Assembly (NCBI RefSeq): GCF_006345805.1
Contig: NC_042997.1
Location: forward strand, 169,074,001-169,138,000
Length of the DNA: 64,000 nt
Direction: 5' to 3'
Origin: Octopus sinensis
Taxonomy: Eukaryota
Part shown: piece by piece, positions 28,661 to 41,600 of the stretch
How the letters are laid out: every line of letters starts with the position of its first letter
Numbering within the stretch: the stretch's first letter is position 1
Program-made: the position numbers and the translations under genes
Notes under the pieces: generated by a model
What the model saw: only the letters and a program-made list of their open reading frames with translations
Databases searched by the model: none
What the model was told of the DNA's origin: nothing

Positions 28661-29069
28661 AGGCATAGGAGGGGCTGTGTGGTAAGTAGCTTACTTACCA
28701 ACCACATGGTTCCGGGTTCAGTCCCACTGCGTGGCACCTTGGGCAAGTGTCTTCTGCTATAGCCTTGGACCCACCAAAGTCTTGTGAGTGGATTTGTAGA
28801 CGGAAATTGAAAGAAGCCCGTTGTATATATGTATATATATATATGTGTGTGTGTATATGTTTGTGTGTCTGTGTTTGCTCCCTCAACATCGCTTGACAGC
28901 AGATGCTGGTGTGTTTATGTCCCCGTAACTTAGTGGTTCAGCAAAAGATACCGATAGATTAAGTACTAGGCTTACAAAGAATAAGTCCTGGGGGCGATTT
29001 GCTCGACTAAAGGGTGGTCTCCAGCATGGCCGCAGTCAAATGACTGAAACGAGTAAAAGAGTAAAAGAG
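28661..29069 (+). mobile_element. Full-length tRNA-derived SINE
   Basis: Head GGCTGTGTGGTAAGTAGC...GGGTTCAGTCCC, internal (TA)(TG) tract and (GAGTAAAA)n tail; same family as 54289 and 59076. Confidence 0.88.
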
Positions 29070-30255
29070 AGCCAACACTGAGATTACTAACAAAAATAAA
29101 CAAAATATATCTTGTAGATATTTCTTCCAGAAGCAAAATAGAAGGAGTTGACATGATATAGCTTGAACCTTTTTTGGTTCTCTCAGGAAGCCATAAAACA
29201 CAAATTAAGTACTATAATGAACACATTTCAACTGTATACAAACAAGGATGGTCACTGCTTGAAAGTTTTTGATTACAGGTCCACTCCTTCAGGATAAAAA
29301 CAACAACCAGGGCGTCATCATCTTACCAGCCATTTATTGCCGGCAGAGGTCATGAGAACTGCATCCATTACTGGACCTGAGTTAAACTAATAAAGATACT
29401 GGTGATACAGCACATGGTTAGAATCAATATCATGGAAATAATAAGGATCTATTATTTGATCGTAGACAAATCTATACTCAAGAGTTATGTAAAACCTCTT
29501 CACATATAATTGTTAGTTTCAAATCTTGGCACAAGGCCAGCCATTTGGGGGAGGGGTTAAGTCATTTACATCAATCCCATTGTTCAACTGGTACTTATTT
29601 TATGGACCATGAAAGGATGAAAGGCAAAGTGCACATTGGTGAAATTTGAACTCAGAATGTACAGACAGACGAAATGCCACTAAGCCTTTTATCCAGCATG
29701 CTAATGATTTTGCCAGCTCATCACTTTAGTCACATACAGTTATTAAGGACAAGTCACATGATCTTACCAGACAGCCAGTAGAAAGCTTAATTTTTTTTTT
29801 TTAGAATAGAGGTCTAATCTGCTTCAACTCACACTATAGATATGCTTCATGAAGATTGAACTGGGATTAAATAGCAAGAACCATACAGCTAATACGAATA
29901 ATAACAAGAATCATACAGATTGAAAGCATTTGAAATTCATGAGGTCATCTCCAATCACTAAAAAAATTGTAGAATCTGAAATCAGTCCCAGAATTTTGGG
30001 CTTTAAGATTTTAGAAAGATTAGCACTCAAATTGTTAACCTATACTAAAATTCAAGAATTCTATAGAAACTCAGGTTATCAAATTCTGTACTTATGGAAG
30101 CTGTAAAGTAAAAACAACTTATTTTAGGGTTGGCCTGCAATTTCACCGCATAGAAACTCAGGGATGAATTATAATTATTCTAACACAATTTCAAGAATAT
30201 TTAGAAGCTAAAATCAACATGTGTGTGTGTGACTGTGTGTGCATGCATAAATGTA

Positions 30256-33200
30256 TCATCATCATCATCATCATCATTTAGCGTCCGTTTTCCATGCTAG
30301 CATGGGTGGACGGTTCAACTGGGGTCTGGGGAGCCCGAAGGCTGCACCAGGCCAGTCAGATCTGGCAGTGTTTCTACAGCTGGATGCCCTTCCTAACGCC
30401 AACCACTCCGAGAGTGTAGTGGGTGATTTTATGTGCCACCGACACAGGTGCCAGACGAGGCTGGCGAACGGCCACGCTCGGATGTGTGTTTTTATGTGCC
30501 ACCGACACAGGTGCCAGACGAGGCTGGCAGACGGCCACGCTCGGATGGTGTTTTTATGTGCCACCGACACAGGTGCCAGATGAGGCTGGCGGACGGCCAC
30601 GATCGATCGGATGGTGTTTGTTACGTCCCCAAAGCACGGAGGCCAGTCTATGCGGTACTGGCTACGGCCACGTTCGGATGATTTTCTTGTGTGCCACCGG
30701 CACTGGTACCACAAAGATACAAATTCCATTTATGTTCATCTATTTTGATTTGTTTTGATTTGATTTTGATTTGATTTGATTTGATTTTCACTTGCCTCAA
30801 CAGGTCTTCACAAGTGTCACAAGAAGGAAGGTATGCATAGGTGGACTGTCTACGTCGCCGGGTCTTCGGATGGTGTCTTTATGTGCCACCGACAAGGTGC
30901 CAGATGTGGCTGGCGAACGGCCACGATCGGATGGTTTTCTTGTGTGCCACCGGTACTGGAACCACAAAGATACAAATTCCATTGATGTTCATCTATTTTG
31001 ATTTGGTTTGATTTCACTTGCCTCAACAGGTCTTCACAAGTGTCACGCGTGTCACACACTTGCCTCAACAGGTCTCCACACAAAGATACCAATTCCATTT
31101 ATGTTCATCTATTTGATTTGTTTTGATTTGATTTGATTTGATTTGATTTTCACTTGCCCTCAACAGGTCTTCACAAGTGTCACAAAAGGAAGTGGCATAG
31201 GTGGACTGTCTACGTCGCCGGGTCTTCGGATGGTGTCTTTATGTGCCACCCGACACAGGTGCCAGATGTGGCTGGCGAACGGCCACGATCGGATGGTTTT
31301 CTTGTGTGCCACCGGGACTAGGAACCACAAAGATACAAATTCCATTGATGTTCATCTATTTTGATTTGGTTTGATTTCACTTGCCTCAACAGGTCTTCAC
31401 AAGTGTCACGCGTGTCACACACTTGCCTCAACAGGTCTCCACAAGTGTCACACCACTTGCCTCTGCCTCAACAGGTCTTCACAAGTGTCACACACTTGCC
31501 TCAACAGGTCTTCACAAGTGTCATAAGAGGGAAGGTATCACATGTGGACTGACTACGTCGCCGGGTCGTCGGATGGGTCTTTATGTGCCCCGGCACAGGG
31601 CCAGATGAGGTGGCGAACGGCCACGATCGGGGTGTTGTTGTGCCCACAGCACGGAGGCCAGTCGATGCGGTACTGGTTACGGCCACGTTTGGGTGGTTTT
31701 CTTGTGTGCCACCGGCACTGGTACCGAACAAAAATATACAATTCCACTGATGTTCATCTATTTTGATTTGTTTTGATTTGATTTGATTTCACTTGCCTCA
31801 ACAGGTCTTCATAAGTGTCACAAGAAGGAAGGTATGCACAGGACTGACTACGTCCCCGGGCGGGGCCACGGGTTATGGCCTGACTAGTCTTGCCGGGTCT
31901 TCTCATGCACAGCATACTTCCATATGGTCTCGGTCTCTAGACATTTCCTTAGTGAGACCTAAAGTTCGAAGGTCGTGCTTCACCACCTCGTCCCAGGTTT
32001 TCCTGGGTCTACCTCTTCCACAGGTTCCCTCCACTGCTAGGGTGTAGCACTTTTGCACACAACTATCTTCAGCCTTTCTGTCACATGACCATACCAGCGC
32101 AGCCGTCTCTCTTGCACGCCACACTGACCTTCTTAGGTTCAACTTTTCTCTCAAGGAACTTACACTCTGACGATTATGAACACTGACATTACACATCCAT
32201 CGGAGCATACTGGCTTCATTTCTTGCGAGCTTACGCATATCCTCAGCAGTCACGGCCCCTGTTTCACTACCATGTAGCATGGCTGTACGTACACATGCAT
32301 CATACATTCTGCCTTTTACTCTGAGCGAGAGGCCTTTGTCACCAGCAGGGTAAGAGCTCTCTAAACTTTGCCCAGGCTATTCTTACTCTAGCAGTTACAC
32401 TTTCAGCACCCCACCCCCGCTACTGACTTGGTCTCCTAGGTAGCGGAAGCTATCAACTACTTCTAGTTTGTCTCCCTGGAACGTGGCAGAAGTTGGTCTC
32501 TGCATATTTCCAGTGTTTATTGCTCCTGAGCATTTGCCACAGACAAAAACTATTTTCCTAGTTAGCCTTCCTTTGACATTGCTGCACCTCTTATGTGTCC
32601 ATAGCTTACACTTGGTGCATCTTATAGAGTTTCTACCTACACCTTTTTTACAGATCGAGCAGGGCCATCTACCTGAAGGCGTTTGTGATTGATCTACCTT
32701 CCTACTTATTAGAACTTTGGTTTTTGGCTAGGTTGATTCTAAGGCCCTTCGATTCTAATCCTTGTTTCCACACCTGAAACTTCTCCTCCAGTTCTGATAG
32801 TGACTCAGCAATTAGAGCAAGGTCCTCAGCATAGAGGGGCTCCCAGGGGCAACTGTCTTGAATTCCTCCGTTATTGCCTGGAGGACTATGATAAATAGGA
32901 GGGGACTGAGGACTGAACCTTGGTGGACCCCAACCTCTACCCGGAATTCTTCACTGTACTCGTTGCCAACCCTCACCTTACTAGCAGCGTCTCTGTACAT
33001 GGCTTGAACAGCTCTCACCAACCATTCTTCTATCCTAGTTTCCTCATTGACCACCAGATAAGGGACCGGGGACCCTGTCAAAGGCTTTCTCCAAGTCAAC
33101 AAAAGCCAGGTACAAGGGCTTATCTTTGGCTAGGTATTCTCCTGCAGCTGTCTTACCAGGAATATAGCATCAGTAGTACTTTTCCCTGGCACGAACCCAA

Positions 33201-33650
33201 ACTGCATATCATCTAAGGTAACTCTCTCTCTAATTAGTTGGGCTACAACCCTCTCCGTACCTTCATTACCTGATCCAGCAGCTTGATGCCCCTGTAGTTA
33301 TTTGTCTCTAGGGCGTCGCCTTTACCTTGTAGCAGTTGACTATTATGCTGCTACACCAGTCATTGGGTATGACCCCCTCGTGTATCACCTGGTTAACTAT
33401 ACGGGTGACTAAGCTATAGCCGACACCACCAGATATTTTGAGCATCTCTGCAGTAATTCCTGATGGGCCTGGGCTTTCCCTGTTTTTCATGCTTCTAATT
33501 GCCTTATCTACTAAGGAACTGTTAACTCGGATTGCTGGTCCCTCTGTTGGGTCGACATTCGGCAGACTCTCTTTATCCCATTCATTTTCCTCATTCAGCA
33601 ACCTTTCATAGTGGCGTCTCCAGCTTCTCTCTTTGCATCCTCATTTAACG
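30256..33650 (-). mobile_element. RTE-clade LINE, 5'-truncated (RT region, expanded 3' UTR, tail)
   Basis: PGPSGI.AE, NYRGIKLL, QFGF.PGKST.DAIF, FVDLEKAFDRVP, GVHQGSVLSPLLF, YAED (YADD), FRYLG and RGRPRKTW; several single-base frameshifts; (CAT)n tail at 30256-30276. Confidence 0.96.
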
Positions 33651-33654
33651 CAAG

Positions 33655-33871
<217 letters not shown>

Positions 33872-35001
33872 GTGCAGACATGATTGAATGGCTCAGAAGT
33901 TTTACTTCACAACAGTGAGGTCTTGAAGATAATCCTACAGTGCAGTCATATCCATAAATCAACCCAAACCTTGTGAATGAAACTGAATACATGAAAAGTG
34001 TGGAAGCCTGTTAGATGAACTACTTTGATTATTGAATACATTTACCAGGTACTATTCGATGTGTTACATACTAGTCAAGCTATAGGTTATATGATAAATA
34101 AAATACGTTTCATTAAAAATTAAAATAATCAAGTACAAAAAAAAGAAAGCAATACAATTTTTTTCAAATTTCTTTTAACGGTTTTAATAGATGTAAAATC
34201 AAGACAATGGGGGGAAAAAAGGGTTTTGCCGAGTCATTAACACATTTTTAGTTCAAAAGTAAAAGATTAATGACTTATTTATTTTCAAAATTATAAAAAC
34301 CATTACCAATTTCCTTAAAAAGTATACCAGAATGTATCTCCTTTTCAGCTAAACAATATAGCACCATGGAAGACAACTTTGTCCTCAGACTATTCCAATA
34401 AAACTCCTAACTCCTACAACATTTATGCCCAGCAGTCAAAGACTGCCACTGTCCACCCCTGGGTAGTTAAATCTCTTCCTATATTAAGGAAATGCATAAA
34501 CTCCCAAACACAGTAAGGATGTCTCTGCTTACAGCAGTGAAGACTCTGGACAGTAGTAGCTCTGAATAAATAAAGACCAACAGAGGGTAGAAGTGATATT
34601 TTAGTTGTCATAGATAACCTCTCTAGTGCCAGTGGCATGATCAAATACACCAATTCTACATTGTGAAGTGGTTGATGACAGGAAAGGCTTCTAGCTGTTT
34701 AAAAAAATGGCCAAAATATTGAGATGCACACAAAAGAATTAGCCAGTTTTTCTTTATAGCTACGTGTGCCAGATGAAAAGGGTCATACCAAGTGGAACCA
34801 GCTAACTCATGCCAGCATGGAAAATTTGGACATATATGATTTACATTTGTTAACTTTCTTCATAAAAATTTTATATTGTATTTCACTTAAGCTTTAAAAA
34901 AGTCAAATAATCATTTCTAATTTTCTAAATGGTCTCAACTTACATATTTTCTTGCTGATTTGATATCATATAGATCTGGAAATGGAAAATACAAAACTCA
35001 C

Positions 35002-35112
35002 CCATCTTGGCAAGAAGAGCTGCAATGGCTTGCTGGTCAGCTCCTGCATGGACTGCACTCAGTTCAGTAGTTACTGGCAAACACAGCGTATGAACTCTTA
35101 TCCGTCGTTCCC
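35002..35112 (-). CDS. SEC24A/B: Sec24A/B-like exon (last one found; beta-sandwich end / helical domain start)
   Basis: poly-T-AAG acceptor and G|GTGAGT donor; 111 nt; (G)[36 protein letters not shown]; ends in phase 1 with no downstream Sec24 exon identified. Confidence 0.97.
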
Positions 35113-35240
35113 CTTTAAAAAAAAAAAAAGGCAAAAATAATGCATATCCAGGACAGAAAGTTAGTTAGTTAATTTTTGGGCTCAAAAAGCAAAAAAGCAA
35201 GGCCATGTAGGGGGACATGGAGTTATGTACAGGGTAGTGT

Positions 35241-35420
35241 TCATGTAAAGAGTTCAGGCCACTCGTGGTCAAGGGAGACTTTGAACCGAGCAGTCGTCAG
35301 CATCTTCACCATCTCGTCCGGCAGCTTATTCCACGAATCCGCAACCCGGACGGAGAAAGCCCCTCTCCTTCGATTGAGATGAAATCGTCGCAGATAGAGC
35401 TTTTCGGAATGACCCCGCAG
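35241..35420 (-). mobile_element. CR1-type LINE 3' fragment
   Basis: LRGHSEKLYLRRFHLNRRRGAFSVRVADSWNKLP...FKVSLD, a CR1 ORF2 C-terminus. Confidence 0.8.
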
Positions 35421-35507
35421 CCGACAAGATATGTAATTTAAAATCAGCAAAACAACAGGTGTAGTTGTGTAGCAAGATGTTTGCCAGTGACGAGCTGGCA
35501 AAATCGA

Positions 35508-35877
35508 TATTTCACCTGTCTTTACGTTCTGAGTTCAAATTCCGCCGAGGTCGACTTTGCCTTTCATCCTTTCAGGCTCGATTAAATAAGTACCAATTAC
35601 GTACTGGGGTCGATATAATCAACTTAATCCGTTTGTCTGTCCTTGTTTGTCCCCTCTGTGTTTAGCCCCTTGTGGGTAGTAAAGAAATAGGTATTTCGCC
35701 TGTCTTTACGTTCTGAGTTCAAATTCTGCCGAGGTCGACTTTGCCTTTCATCTTTTCGGGGTTGATTAAATAAGTACCAGTTACACACTGGGGTCGATAT
35801 AATCGACTTAATCTGTTTATCTGTCCTTGTTTTGTCCCCTATGTATGTAGCCCCTTGTGGGTAGTAAAAGAAATAAG
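35508..35877 (+). repeat. Head-to-tail duplication of an approximately 184-bp SINE body
   Basis: 35508-35691 and 35692-35877 are near-identical. Confidence 0.88.
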
Positions 35878-36245
35878 ATGTTTGCTTCCCAACCACACAG
35901 TTCCTGCTTCAGTACCACTGCGTGGCAACTCGGGCAAGTGTTTTCTTGTATATATATTTATGTTTGTGTCTGTGTTTTTCCTCCACCACCACCACCACTT
36001 GACAACTGGTGTTGATGTATTTACATCCCTGTAACCTAGCAATTCAGCAAAAGTGACTAATAGAATAAGTACCAGGCTTTAAAAAAATGGCCTAGGGTTG
36101 ATTTGTTCAACTAAAACCCTTCATGGCAGTGCCCCAGCAAGGCCACAGTCAAATGATTGAAACAAGGAAAGATAAAAGATCAAAAGAAGTTTAAGCTATA
36201 GTCAAATGCACATTCAGAAATTGAATAATGAAGAGAAATATTTAC

Positions 36246-36419
36246 CTTTACTTGATGTATATAAAAGGGCAGCTTGAAAACAAGCAGTATTGCTTTCATT
36301 TAAGGATTCCTCAATGGACATCTGCATTCCAAACCCAGCATCAGGATTGATATTTGGCAGTGAAAGAAGATCTGTTGAGCGAACGAAGAAGTTTCCATGG
36401 AAAGTATGGATACTGAGAC
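36246..36419 (-). CDS. SEC24A/B: Sec24A/B-like exon, beta-sandwich
   Basis: TTTGCAG acceptor and G|GTAAAT donor; 174 nt; LSIHTFHGNFFVRSTDLLSLPNINPDAGFGMQMSIEESLNESNTACFQAALLYTSSK. Confidence 0.97.
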
Positions 36420-37052
36420 CTGCAAATGAAAAGGCAAAAAATTATTATAAATATTATCAAAAGACTAATTTTAATTCTAGCAGCATATCTAAAAAAAATT
36501 TTTTTTAAATATGTATCTATTATAAAATACTATAAAATACTTTTCTTAAATATCTAAGATATGTAAAATACGTTTAACCATCTTGGGACACCCAGGCCCA
36601 AGTGATTGGCCCAAGTGATACAAGCTGAAAAGACTTTGAAGTCAATCCATCGGCCCAATGAAACAAATGTTGGAATGGGAGTTTTGAAGTACAGTAACCA
36701 ATCAGAGATTGACTTTCAGTACATTTTTTTTTTTTTTTCACAGAAACATTTATACTTATTATTCTATATATTTACATGTATTGTGTTGTTTTAGGTTTTC
36801 TTTTTGTGATAGATGTATTGTACTGTTTATAAGCTTTCATAATATATATATTATATATATAGTTTTACATACTAATAAAGTAGTTTTGGGTGCTTTAACT
36901 TTGTTTTCCACAGTGCACCCATTAATTTCAATCTCAACAGAAGAAAATTTTAGTCTTCTTGGCTACACAAACCAAAACACTGCATGTCTCAAAAAGATTA
37001 AAATATTTTTTTTTAAATTAAAATTTGAAAGAGAAAACTGCCTTTAACCTAC

Positions 37053-37211
37053 CTCTAGTGCAACGGATTCTCATCACAGCCTCAAAGCCTATTTTACGGT
37101 AAAGGTAACGTGCAAAATCAGACTCAAATTTATCAGTCATAGGAGGACTCCTGACAGTATGGAATGATGGGTAATGGTACACACAGCCACCTGAATATTT
37201 GGATGCACAGG
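37053..37211 (-). CDS. SEC24A/B: Sec24A/B-like exon
   Basis: TTTGCAG acceptor and G|GTAGGT donor; 159 nt; (A)CASKYSGGCVYHYPSFH...YLYRKIGFEAVMRIRCTR(G). Confidence 0.97.
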
Positions 37212-37542
37212 CTGCAAATAAAACAAACAATTGTGTTAAAATAGAGTGCATAACAATACAAATTCCTAACAATTTTATGCGTATTATTATCACCATCATT
37301 ATTATTATTTGATGAAAACTCTTAGCTTATTTTGCTGGGAATGATGAAAAAGGGTCAGCTATCCACAGCCAGCAGACAAAGGTGACATTTGTTTACTAAT
37401 CATGCTTCAAGAGCCCTGCAGAGAACACTTGCAGTTCCAAGCAATGATGATTTTTGTAGGTGTTCTATCTTTACATTTGTAGCAATCTTTTTGAGCCATG
37501 TTGTTAGTTGAGTGCAGATACTTCCAATGTTATTATGATTAT

Positions 37543-38570
37543 TCATCATCATCATTTAACATCTGTTGTCCATGCTGGCATGGGTTGGACGGTTTGACTG
37601 GGCTGGCACACTGGAAGGCTGCACCAGACTCCAGTCTGATTTGGCATGGTTTTCTACAGCTGGATGCTCTGCCTAGCACCAACCACTCCAAGAGTGTAAT
37701 GAGTGCTTTTATGTGCCACTGGCAGGGGTGCCATTTGCGTGACACCAGGATGCATTTACGTGCACTGGTATGAGTGCCAATTTGTGTGTCACCGGTATCT
37801 GTCACGACTGATTTTTCTTGGCTTGATGGGTCTTCTTCTCAAGCATGACATAATGCCAATGGTCTTGGTCACTGCCTCAATGAGGCCCAAAGCTTGAAAG
37901 GAACTCCACCACTTCGCCTCCGTCAGGCCCAACACTTGAGAGGAACTCAGCCACTCTGCCTCCGTGAAGCCCAAAGTTTATAAGATGTTCTTCATGTGCC
38001 ACCAACATGGGTGCAATTGGTTTGACAGGTCCTCTCAAGCACAGCATATTGCCAAAGGTATCAGTCACCTGTCATTGCCTCTGTGAGGCCCAAAGTTCGA
38101 AGATCGTGCTTCACCAACTAATCCCATGTCTTCCTGGGTCAACCTCCACCACAGGTTCCCTCCACAGCTGTCCATGTCCATATGCATCACATGACCATAC
38201 CAGCACAATCATCTCTCTTGCACACCACATCTGATTCCTCTTATGCCTAACTTTTCTCTCAAGATGCTTACACTCTGTTGAACATGCACACTGACATTGT
38301 ACATCCAGCAAAGCATACTAGCTTCATTTCTTTCAAGCCTACACATGTCCTCAGCTGTCATAGCACAAGTTTCATTGCCATGCAGCATGGCTGTTCGTAC
38401 ACAGACAACAAACAATCTGCCTTTCTCTCTGAGAGAGAGGCCTTTTGTTGCCAGCAGGGGTAGGAGCTCTCTGAACTTTGCACAACCTAATCTTATTCTC
38501 ACAGCTATGCCCTTGGTACATCCACCTCCACTACTAACTTGGTCACCTAGATAACAGAAGCTATCTACTA
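37543..38570 (-). mobile_element. Degenerate RTE LINE 3' part within a Sec24 intron
   Basis: AKFRELLPLLATKGLSLR...RTAMLHGNET...NEASML remnant, 3' UTR and (CAT)n tail. Confidence 0.88.
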
Positions 38571-38644
38571 TTATTATTATTATTATTATTAAACAAATGT
38601 GGGGGGAAAAAACATACTAAATAAGAAATTCAAAATATACTCAC

Positions 38645-38768
38645 CAACAGTGGCAATGTCAGCATACTGAGTATTTAACATGAATAAATCAATAGCAACT
38701 TGTTGAGCAGAACAGTCCAAGGCAAGCTTTTTGTAAAAATCTGTTGCTGGGCCAAGATTTGGAATATT
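38645..38768 (-). CDS. SEC24A/B: Sec24A/B-like exon, trunk domain
   Basis: CATTTTAG acceptor and G|GTGAGT donor; 124 nt; NIPNLGPATDFYKKLALDCSAQQVAIDLFMLNTQYADIATV. Confidence 0.96.
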
Positions 38769-39097
38769 CTAAAATGCATTAAAACAAATAGTAGTTAATA
38801 CAACTATCAAATATGATAAAATAATGCTTTCTTACAATGGTATAAGACTACACATTTATAAAGAAGAATTGATTGATCTGAACCCAAGTACATTACTGGC
38901 ACTCAAATAGATGAAAGGCGAAGTTAATCCAGACTGGATTACAGAGACAAACAAACACCACAAAATATTTTATTCAATGAACTACCAAATCCATAATTTA
39001 ATGCTTTGATCAGATAAGAAAGAAACAATAATATCAAATTTTAGCACAAGACCAAGAATTTTATGAAAAGGGTTTAGTTGAATACATTGACTGGTAC

Positions 39098-39414
39098 AAG
39101 AAATGGCAACAAAGAGGTTAAGATAATTAATGATAAAACAGCAGTAAAATACTCAGCTGTTGTAATGTAACTGCTAATGTTAATATGAAAGAAAAGCTAA
39201 GAGAAAGGCAAACAACTAGTTTAACTACTTAAATAATACAAAAGAGGTCATATGTAATAGGATTGAAATTTCAATATCTTAGAACCAATAGTGAATTGAA
39301 ATAAACACTATAAGTAAATACAATAATAAAATGAAGGTCAAAATACTTGACAAGAAAAAAAATTATTAGATTTTGTATACATCTATCCTTACTTTACACT
39401 GACCTGGGATAACA
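39098..39414. repeat. 317-bp direct repeat, copy 1
   Basis: Highly similar to 40227-40542. Confidence 0.92.
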
Positions 39415-40226
39415 AAAGGCAATGTTGATCTCAGTGGAATTTGAATTCAGAACATAATGAGCCAGAAAAAATACCACTAAGCATTTTGTCCAATTTACTT
39501 ATGTCCATCATTAGGACATAAGTAATGTGTGTGTAAAGTTTGGTGAAGATCAGTTGAGAATTGTGATAATGTATACGTTAGTCATTATACACACACATAC
39601 TCCGATTTATATATTACTAGACTAGATAATAATATCAATTGAAAGAAAACCAATTTTTCCAGTATAGAAATTAATACCTATTCATCTATTGATTACTTTT
39701 TGCTAGGTGAAATTAATTTCAATCAAGAAGCAAAAGAATGTAAAAGAACCAGAACATTCATTTGAAACAGACTAAAGTAGAATTCAAATAAAATGAAAGT
39801 AATAGATATTAAAGAAAATAGGCAAACAGTTGATAAAGAGTACAAGCGCTGTATTCTATGAAGATGAAATGTATAATTAAAAAGGAATCCACACATTTTT
39901 CTATTTAAAAAATTGGAAATAGCTGATTTTTAAAATTTAACATTCCATAACTTGTGTGATAGCAGATAAGTAATTTGTATCTCATTGAAGAGTATTAAAT
40001 GAAAGTGATACAGAATATAAATTGTGTGATGTGTAAAAGAGAATACAAGTGTTTGAGAGCATAGGAGTTTGAAAAATAAATTACAATGTTAATTAGAGAA
40101 AATTAAAAGATGCAGTGAAAGTATTAACAACAAAAGTTTTGATGAACTTTTTCATATTTAACATGTAAAGCAAGTTAAATATGAAAAGAACAAAGAAAAT
40201 ATTTGAAAAACTTCAATAAAAAAAAA

Positions 40227-40542
40227 AAGAAATGGCAACAAAGAGGATAAGATAATTAATGATAAAACAGCAGTAAAATACTCAGCTGTTGTAATATAAC
40301 TGGTAATGTTAATATGAAAGAAAAGCTAAGATAAAGGCAAACAACTAGTTTAACTACTTAGATAATAGAAAAGAGGCCAAATGTAATAGGAATGAAATTT
40401 TAATATCCTAGAACCAATAGAGAATTGAAATAAACACTATAAGTAAATACAATATAAAATGAAGGTCAAAATACTTGACAAGAAAAAAAATTATTAGATT
40501 TTGTATACATCTATCTTTACTTTACACTGACCTAGGATAACA
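40227..40542. repeat. 316-bp direct repeat, copy 2
   Basis: Highly similar to 39098-39414. Confidence 0.92.
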
Positions 40543-41600
40543 TGGTATGCTCACTGTGAACCATGTTGTTGCACTTATCATGAATAGATCTGTGATAACA
40601 CAAGTTGGTGATCAGTCAAAGATTCTGCTTGGACCACAAAAATATAGCTCGGCAACCATCTATATGCTCAGAACAACTTGGGGTCTTGGAACAAAACCAA
40701 TTTCTCCCATATGATCTATTATTCATTTAACATTATTTTTTGTAACAAAACACTAATGAGAAATGCAGACAGATATATCTAGAAATGTTCCAGGTTATCA
40801 TATTTTAATTTTCATGTAAGATGATATGAAATTGAAAAAGTGTAGACATACAATAAATTTCCTACATCAACAGCATTTACTCAAAAAAGCTTTTATTTCT
40901 CCATTTCATTTTAAAATCAAATGTTTGCTACATCCACTTTTTGTAATTTCTTTACTCTCCTCTCCCTTCATCAGTCTACATGTTGAAAATGCTCAACAAG
41001 TATTCCCAAAAAATGCTTATCTAACTTATTTCAATCAAATGAAATCTCATCTAATGTCTGTTTTACAATCATTTAACATCTGCTTTCCATGTTGGCATGG
41101 GTTGACGGCTTGGCAGGAGTTAGTGAACCAGAGGACTGCACCTAACTCAAATGTCTGCTCTGACATGATTTCTATGGTTGGATACCATTCCTAATACCAA
41201 CATCTTTATAGTGTACAGGATGCTTTTTACGTGGCACTAGTCAAGAAAGCAAGTGTTAAGCAAAGGAGATTTGGCTGCTATTTCTAGCATATCAAGCAAC
41301 CATGCATTGGCTCTCTTTTTTGGCTTGAGTAAAAGTATGTTACAGTTAAGTGTACATATTTATCAACAACTTGCTGTCTGTTGCCATCAGCTAGAACTTT
41401 TACATGTTATACACTTCTATCTCTTTTCTAATCTAATTCTGTAGTAATATTATCTAATTTATATCGCCATGCTTCTCACAAAAACCATTGAATATTCAAT
41501 CATTTATTTGGCTCACTTCAATGTTTTAATCTCAGTTACTATCCAAGGTTCCTGGGTCTTATATTTTGATAGAATTTGAAAATTATAAGTCACAACATAC

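Noticed and set aside
30789-31820. CRISPR-like array of 31-bp partly palindromic repeats
   Set aside because: Spacing is irregular (34-297 bp), the spacers are themselves repeats of each other, there are no cas genes, and the array lies inside a eukaryotic LINE 3' UTR.
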